NCBI GenBank assembly: GCA_039698055.1 | Contig: JBDKTL010000027.1 | Span: 32,001 to 96,000 of the forward strand | Length of the DNA: 64,000 bases | Source: Methanoregula sp. | Lineage (GTDB): Archaea > Halobacteriota > Methanomicrobia > Methanomicrobiales > Methanospirillaceae | Reading direction: 5' to 3' | Part shown: piece after piece, positions 58,094-64,000 of the stretch | Numbering within the stretch: position 1 is the first letter of the stretch | Layout: each line of letters begins with the position of its first letter | Translations under genes and position numbers: made by a program | Notes under the pieces: generated by a model | The model's database searches: none | What the model was told of the DNA's origin: nothing | The model's input: only the letters and a program-made list of their open reading frames with translations

Positions 58094-60754
58094 ATGACTG
58101 ACACGAAAAGAACCGGTTCCCCGGAGAAACTCCCCGAACTCCTTGCGCCCGCTGGTTCCCCGGAATCCCTGCGTGCCGCCATCGCCGCCGGGGCTGACGC
58201 GGTGTACCTGAGCGGCCGGCAGTTTGGCGCCCGTAAATTTGCCCGGAATTTTTCCGATGAAGAGATCCCAGAAGCGGTACGATCGGCCCATTTACAGGGT
58301 GTCCGGGTCTACGTGACGGTGAACACGCTGATCCATGACCGGGAATTACCCGGCGTTGCAGAGTACCTGGTGTGGTTGTACGCTAACGGCGTCGATGCGG
58401 TGCTGGTGCAGGATATTGGCGTCGCGGCGCTTGCAAAAAAACTGGTCCCTGACCTTTCCCTGCACGCATCCACCCAGATGACCATCCATTCCGCAGACGG
58501 GGTGAAATGGGCGGCAGGACAGGGATTTTCCCGGGTCGTGCTCGCCCGTGAACTCTCTCTTGCCGACGTGCAGGCAATTGCAGCGGAGACGGCAACGCTT
58601 GGCATCGGTCTTGAAGTGTTTGTGCACGGGGCCCTCTGTTACTGCTGGTCCGGGCAGTGCCTGCTCTCATCGGTGGTTGGCGGGCGGAGCGGGAACCGGG
58701 GCATGTGCGCCCAGCCCTGCCGGAAACCGTACACGTTCGTCACCGGAGACCGTGACGCATACGGCAATCCGGTCAACCTGCACCCCATCTCCTCAAAAGA
58801 GCGCTTCCTCCTCTCCCCAAAAGATCTCTCAACCTACCCGCACCTGCCGGAACTCGCCCGTGCACCGGTTGCGTCACTGAAAATTGAAGGACGGATGAAA
58901 TCTCCTGAATATGTTGCCACGGTCGTATCGATCTACCGGCGTGCGCTTGACGCAATCGCTGCCGGTACCTGGGAACCGGCAAAGGACGACGTGCAGGACC
59001 TGCTGCTCGCCTTCAACCGGGGGTTCACAAAGGGGTATATTTTCGGGGACAAGCATGCTGCACTGATGGGCCGGGACCAGCCAGACAACCGGGGGCTCTT
59101 TATCGGGGTTGTAACCCGGTTTGACAACCGTTTGGGAACGGTCACGGTCCAGTGCGAAACCCCCATCGTGCTGCATCCCGGCGACGGGCTGCTCTTCTCG
59201 CACCCGGATCGGCCGGAAACCGCGTGGGGATGTGCGCTCAATAATGAACCGGTCCGGACACCGTCGTCGGTTTCATTTTCCGTTCCACAACCGGTAACGG
59301 CAGGAACCCGGCTGTACCTGACAATGTCCGGCCCGCTGCGGGCACGGGCCCGGCAGATCGTGGCAAAACCCCCTGCAGGACTCCGGCATCCGGTCATGAT
59401 CGATATGAACGGGGCGGTCCTGCCGGACGGCACACTGGTGCTTGGCGGGGCGATCAATCCCGGCAGCGCCAATGTTGTCGTTATCCCCGCCACACGCTCC
59501 CGTATCCTTGTCCCGGCAGAATCCCGTCCGCTCACCCGCGACCAGCTGATACGGTCGCTTTCAAAAACCGGGGGGACACCGTTTGCCATCCGCGAATTCT
59601 CTCTTGACTATCCCGGGGGAATGTTTGCCCCGATTGCCGAACTCAACCGGGTGCGCCGGGAATTCCTGCAGTCTACACAGGCAATACTTGTCCAGTCAGC
59701 CACGCCATCCGATGAGCATATTCGTGCAGCACAGGACCGGTTGGGCGCTCTTGTCACGGGATGGCGCACACAAACCTCAGATCGCACCACTTCTCCACAC
59801 CGCCGCCGTGTCAGTCTTGCTGTTTCTTCCGACAATCTCGGGGGTGTTGCCGCTGCGGTACAGGCAGGTGCGGATTGTGTTTACTTTGAACCCACCTTTC
59901 ATCCGGACCCGGCAGGATATCAAAAATCCCCGGGCCCGGACTATGTCGCCGCACAGATCCGTGAAGCGCTTGCCTGCTGCCGCGATACCGCAACACGTCT
60001 TGTGTGGAAATTTCCCCGGATCACGCGAACGGTTTTCACTGATATGGCAATTCCCCTGCTTCCCGTGCTGGTAAGCGAGGGGCTTACGGAATGTATGGTT
60101 GACAGCATTGGCGCTGCACAGGCAATCCTCTCGGCAGCGCCCGGGATACGCATTGCCGGATCGGTGGGCCTGAACGTGTTCAACCACCAGACCCTTGACG
60201 AACTCTCCCGGGTGCCGTTCCACCTTGTCACCCTCTCGCCGGAGCTCTCCGGTACAGAGATTGCGGATATGCTCCGCACAGCGCCCTGCACTCCTCACCG
60301 TCCGGCATGTGCCGTTATGGTACAGGGTGCGGTTGAGGCCATGGTATCGGAAGACTGCCTTCCCCAGCCGGTATGGCAATGTCGTCATGACGCCCCCGAC
60401 CGCAAAGATCATAACCCTCCTTTTTTTGGGATCATGGATGAGACACGGCGGATCTTTCCGGTCTATGTTGACAGCGAGTGCCGAACCCACCTGTTCAACG
60501 CAATGGAGACCTGTCTGATCGATTACCTGCCGCTCCTGTTCGATGCCGGCATCCAATCGGTCGCAATCGATGCCCGGATGAGACCTCCTGCATATGTCAG
60601 CGGGATGGTGAAAATTTATAAAGAAGCAATCGCGGCGGCACAACCGGACAGCCCGGATGCATCCCGTCACCTCCGGGCATTAAAGGAGCAGGCCAGACGT
60701 ATTGCCGGGGGCCTCATAACTTCAGGGCCGTTCCTTCACGGACTTAAGGAATAA
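58094..60754 (+). CDS. Peptidase U32 family Fe-S protein, long RlhA-like form with DUF3656
   Basis: PELLAPAG, GADAVY, HASTQM, EVFVHGALCYCWSGQC, SGNRGMCAQPCR, SLKIEGRMK, KTGGTPF. Confidence 0.92.
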   Translation: MTDTKRTGSPEKLPELLAPAGSPESLRAAIAAGADAVYLSGRQFGARKFARNFSDEEIPEAVRSAHLQGVRVYVTVNTLIHDRELPGVAEYLVWLYANGVDAVLVQDIGVAALAKKLVPDLSLHASTQMTIHSADGVKWAAGQGFSRVVLARELSLADVQAIAAETATLGIGLEVFVHGALCYCWSGQCLLSSVVGGRSGNRGMCAQPCRKPYTFVTGDRDAYGNPVNLHPISSKERFLLSPKDLSTYPHLPELARAPVASLKIEGRMKSPEYVATVVSIYRRALDAIAAGTWEPAKDDVQDLLLAFNRGFTKGYIFGDKHAALMGRDQPDNRGLFIGVVTRFDNRLGTVTVQCETPIVLHPGDGLLFSHPDRPETAWGCALNNEPVRTPSSVSFSVPQPVTAGTRLYLTMSGPLRARARQIVAKPPAGLRHPVMIDMNGAVLPDGTLVLGGAINPGSANVVVIPATRSRILVPAESRPLTRDQLIRSLSKTGGTPFAIREFSLDYPGGMFAPIAELNRVRREFLQSTQAILVQSATPSDEHIRAAQDRLGALVTGWRTQTSDRTTSPHRRRVSLAVSSDNLGGVAAAVQAGADCVYFEPTFHPDPAGYQKSPGPDYVAAQIREALACCRDTATRLVWKFPRITRTVFTDMAIPLLPVLVSEGLTECMVDSIGAAQAILSAAPGIRIAGSVGLNVFNHQTLDELSRVPFHLVTLSPELSGTEIADMLRTAPCTPHRPACAVMVQGAVEAMVSEDCLPQPVWQCRHDAPDRKDHNPPFFGIMDETRRIFPVYVDSECRTHLFNAMETCLIDYLPLLFDAGIQSVAIDARMRPPAYVSGMVKIYKEAIAAAQPDSPDASRHLRALKEQARRIAGGLITSGPFLHGLKE

Positions 60755-60815
60755 TTTTTGGTAATTATCAAAAATCAGCCCCCAAATTTGATTTACCGTA
60801 ATCATTTTTTGATGG

Positions 60816-60866
60816 AAAAAACGATGCCTGCCGCCGCCCCGAAGGGCGCCCCGCGGCGGCCTCAAT
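60816..60866. repeat. GC-rich REP-like hairpin element
   Basis: GCCGCCGC (60830-37) pairs with GCGGCGGC (60853-60); an overlapping alternative hairpin is GCCC-CGAA-GGGC; related copy at 5869..5920. Confidence 0.6.
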
Positions 60867-61175
60867 GAGTTTCAGTCATCGGATTTTTAGTAATCTGCCC
60901 CGTTGTGCCTAAAGAAAGGCCATGAGGCGGGGAGCCATACATACTATCATCAATCTTTTATTTAGTTAGTGCGGAAAAGTTGATTTAATCCTCTTCAGGT
61001 TATCTGAATTAATAATCACAAAAATCTTAAAAACGTGTTTATCGTCGCACTGGGGGCTGGTATTTTGCAACCAACTGATTTTTTTCTTGGTTGTTCTACA
61101 AACCCCCAGTCTCACGTGATCGAAAGGTCTAATGATGACCCGGTGCAATTTACCTGTCAGGTAAGGAGGGTATCC

Positions 61176-61844
61176 ATGTCGTCGCCACTGATCCTTGTCA
61201 ACCTGAAAACCTACAAAGAGGGAATGGGAAACCGTGCCCACCAGATAGCCACCGCTGCACAGCTGGTCGCCCGCGAGAGCGGTGCGACAATCGGGGTGGC
61301 ACCGGGTTTTATCGATCTCCACCCGCTCTGCCATCACTTTGCAGTTCCGGTCTATGCACAGCACGTGGACGGGTTCGAGCCGGGCGCTCATACCGGCCAT
61401 ATCACCGCTGACGCAATAAAATTCGCCGGCGCGACCGGATCCCTGGTGAACCATTCCGAACGCCGGCTCACGCTGGCTGATATTGAAGCATCGGTCCGGT
61501 CACTCCATGCCCACCAGCTGACAGCTGTAGTCTGCACAAACAACGATACCACAAGCGCCGCAGCAGCAGCACTCTCCCCGGAATATGTCGCCATCGAACC
61601 CCCGGAACTGATAGGGAGCGGGGTTTCCGTTTCAAAAGCAAACCCGGAGATTATCCGGAAATCGGTTGCTGCCGTCCACGCTGTCAACCCGAAAACGAAA
61701 GTGCTCACCGGTGCCGGTATCCAGTGCGGGGAATGCGTGAAGATTGCCGTGGATCTTGGCACGGATGGCGTGCTTCTTGCATCCAGCGTTGTAAAATCAG
61801 CCGATCCGGCAGCAGTACTCCGGGATCTGGTCTCAAAATTCTGA
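61176..61844 (+). CDS. tpiA: Triosephosphate isomerase (archaeal type)
   Basis: [31 protein letters not shown]; GGAGG RBS. Confidence 0.96.
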   Translation: MSSPLILVNLKTYKEGMGNRAHQIATAAQLVARESGATIGVAPGFIDLHPLCHHFAVPVYAQHVDGFEPGAHTGHITADAIKFAGATGSLVNHSERRLTLADIEASVRSLHAHQLTAVVCTNNDTTSAAAAALSPEYVAIEPPELIGSGVSVSKANPEIIRKSVAAVHAVNPKTKVLTGAGIQCGECVKIAVDLGTDGVLLASSVVKSADPAAVLRDLVSKF

Positions 61845-61877
61845 CACCCTTTTTTTAAAAACTAAAAATGGGGATTT

Positions 61878-61979
61878 TTATTTAATCACCAGGTACCAGA
61901 CACCGAATATAACGATAAAGAGAACAATTCCCATACCAATCACGGTTACGTTGCTGATTTCAGTGGATTCTTCTGCCAT
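61878..61979 (-). CDS. 33-aa single-pass membrane microprotein
   Basis: MAEESTEISNVTVIGMGIVLFIVIFGVWYLVIK*; GGAAGTG upstream; not in the ORF track. Confidence 0.55.
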   Translation of the reverse strand: MAEESTEISNVTVIGMGIVLFIVIFGVWYLVIK

Positions 61980-62162
61980 GATACACTTCCGTTCGTGGAC
62001 TTCCCACGTAATTTTCCGTCGGTGTATTACTATTTAATCATTGTTATATCCCCACGGTCTCCTGCGGGGAAATGTGCATCCATAAAAAAAACTGATGGTG
62101 TGATGCATCCCCAGCGTTGCGATTCACCTGTTTAATACCCTGACCCCCCGGGTGGAATCGTA

Positions 62163-62717
62163 CTAGACAATAAGGGAGATCAGGTCGTGCTTGGTGATGA
62201 CGCCACGGACCGTGCGCCCGTCCACCACCAGCACCGCATGGTTCTGCTGGAGAATGCTGACAACCGTTTCCACGTCCATATCCGGGGGCACGGTCGGAAA
62301 TCCGGGCTCCATGAAATCCCGGACCATAAACAGCTGGGTTTTATGGAGGCGCTGCTGTTCGATCGCCTTGACGATCACCGACTCGGAAATGCAGCCAACC
62401 GGCACGCCCCGTTCAATGACCGGCAGCTGGGAGATGTTGTTTTTACTGAAGATCTCCACGGCAAGCGAGATGCTTTCCAGCGGCTGGACGGCAAGCACCG
62501 GTGCATGCATGATCTGGGCGGCCGTGATCTTTTTTGGTTCAGTCCGGTTAAAGACGGCGATGATCTTATTGAGCGTACTGACCCGGGGGTCCACGCTTCC
62601 TGCTTCGATGCGTGCCACCATGGACTGGCTGATGCCGGCACGCCGGGCGAGTTCCGTCTGCCTCAGGCCCAGTGTTTCACGGCGGGACCGGAGCTCCTCC
62701 GGTGTAGGAATATTCAT
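62163..62717 (-). CDS. Cro-type HTH transcriptional regulator with CBS pair
   Basis: LRQTELARRAGISQSMVARIEAGSVDPRVSTL; ISQLPV; GVITKHDL. Confidence 0.93.
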   Translation of the reverse strand: MNIPTPEELRSRRETLGLRQTELARRAGISQSMVARIEAGSVDPRVSTLNKIIAVFNRTEPKKITAAQIMHAPVLAVQPLESISLAVEIFSKNNISQLPVIERGVPVGCISESVIVKAIEQQRLHKTQLFMVRDFMEPGFPTVPPDMDVETVVSILQQNHAVLVVDGRTVRGVITKHDLISLIV

Positions 62718-63037
62718 GTTCAATTACTACTGGTCATAGAAAAATATCAACTTTATGCAGGTTCCTAAAAAAAAATAAGCAGGTACATGCCCGCCCGGCA
62801 GGCCTGCTAAATCCCGTTTGAAGCAAACAAGAACCACCAGGCAACTCCAAAAGAGAAGAGACTAAAAATTTCCCGGTATTCTGGCGCGGGAAGCATTTTT
62901 TGGCTGGTGTGTCTACGCACAGGTTTATTATCCCAGCATAAGTTGGGCAGTCCTGCTGTGCAAAATTCTTTAAAGACCAGCACCTATAGAAGCTAAATGG
63001 CATAATCCACTGCATTCCTGGTGGATTAGTGTTGAAC

Positions 63038-63277
63038 ATGACTGAGTGTCTCACCAGTGAAGACGACGATGAAGGGAACCAACGGCGGTTCGCTTTCTCT
63101 TTTGCAACGATGTCCTGCCCGACAGGGGCAGGTGCAGGAATACGGATCATTGACCATGTGTTTTTTCGGTTCTCCCGCCCGGCGTACGGGTGGAGAGAGA
63201 GCGCCGGCAGACCTGCCGCCATCAACAGCAGTGCGAATGGTTCCTTAAGGGGACCCGGCGGGTTGATGACCCGATGA
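63038..63277 (+). CDS. Hypothetical small protein coupled to the downstream gene
   Basis: Its stop overlaps the next ATG (ATGA at 63274-63277); no motif recognised. Confidence 0.3.
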   Translation: MTECLTSEDDDEGNQRRFAFSFATMSCPTGAGAGIRIIDHVFFRFSRPAYGWRESAGRPAAINSSANGSLRGPGGLMTR

Positions 63278-64000
63278 ACAATCGTTGGGGTGAACCCCTG
63301 CGGTTTAACGAACTGCTCCCAACCCCGGGTCATGGATCTGCCATCCCGGATTCCTTATCGGCAGCCACCGGCATCCTTTCCCCGGCACCGGCCCCGGTCT
63401 TTGTTCCACAGAGGAAACCTGCGGTACGGGCGGCTGTAAAAAAAGTGCCGGGAATGACCAAGGATACGATGTTTGTGGTGCGGCGGGGCAGCACCTTCCA
63501 TGTGATCAGCGAGGATTACTCCTACAAGACCGAGCCGTATTATACGATTCTTCAGCACGAGGTTGACGGAAAAATCGTCAGCCCCACGAGCCGGCAGGTG
63601 CTGGATGCGTTCGTGGTGCCGATCTGCCTTGAGCGGCTGAAAAGCGCGGGTATACCGGTGTGCGAGTGGGGCATCTCGCAGGCATATGTCCCGTTCCCCT
63701 CGATCCTGTACGGGCTGAACTATTTTGCCACATCGTCAGATTATTTTGTTGTCAGCAACAATGAGCAGGCAAAAGAGACAATCAAGCACATCACCAACAA
63801 GGGAAAGTACCCGTTCTGCTACCAGAAACTGGATGAAGAGGCGACAATCCACACCTGCACCGCGATATTTGGCAGGACAATCAAAAAATGCAGTGCCGTT
63901 TCCCGGTATGCCGGACAGATCTACGATGTGTTCTCCATCCCGCTGGTCAGCATGGTCTTTGTGAAAACCGGTAAGAACTTTACGCTCTCCTCGCTTGCAC
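63274..64000 (+). CDS. RimK-like ATP-grasp N-terminal (RLAN) domain protein, 3' end outside the window
   Basis: Open frame to the window end: ...ISEDYSYKTEPYYTILQHE...LDAFVVPICLERLKSAGIPVCEW...ITNKGKYPFCYQ. Missing from the ORF track because it has no stop; start uncertain. Confidence 0.7.
   Translation, partial: MNNRWGEPLRFNELLPTPGHGSAIPDSLSAATGILSPAPAPVFVPQRKPAVRAAVKKVPGMTKDTMFVVRRGSTFHVISEDYSYKTEPYYTILQHEVDGKIVSPTSRQVLDAFVVPICLERLKSAGIPVCEWGISQAYVPFPSILYGLNYFATSSDYFVVSNNEQAKETIKHITNKGKYPFCYQKLDEEATIHTCTAIFGRTIKKCSAVSRYAGQIYDVFSIPLVSMVFVKTGKNFTLSSLA

Noticed and set aside
62734-63333. 199-aa minus-strand ORF upstream of HTH-CBS
   Set aside because: No motif, it overlaps the plus-strand RLAN gene start, and it runs through probable promoter DNA.

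Overview
Chromosomal window from a methanogenic euryarchaeon. Gene content points to Methanomicrobiales (Methanoregula-like); this is an inference, not a database result. From left to right: (i) three archaeal type IV pilin genes interleaved with three copies of an uncharacterised multi-TM domain (stand-alone, pseudogenised, and fused to a GT-C glycosyltransferase); (ii) a toxin-antitoxin island (VapBC plus two MNT-HEPN pairs) around a GC-rich GGGGGGTC(AC) motif array; (iii) housekeeping genes (wHTH-Mmp11/TiaS-like, hom, ACT, NAD kinase, IMPase-family, aIF5A) and a candidate sRNA; (iv) an archaellum and chemotaxis operon; (v) a ribosome-rescue cluster (ABCE1, EMC6-like, RqcH, Pelota), FKBP, CYTH, radical SAM, two PAN ATPases and MBF1; (vi) a 1.2-kb structured, repeat-containing non-coding region and a Cys-rich secreted peptide gene; (vii) an aromatic amino acid operon preceded by a leaderless 21-codon Phe-Phe/Tyr uORF (candidate archaeal attenuator), then a rhodanese, aroD, a U32/RlhA-like Fe-S protein, tpiA, HTH-CBS and a partial RLAN-domain gene. 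I recognised no rRNA, tRNA, CRISPR array or transposase. All family calls come from motifs recognised by eye.
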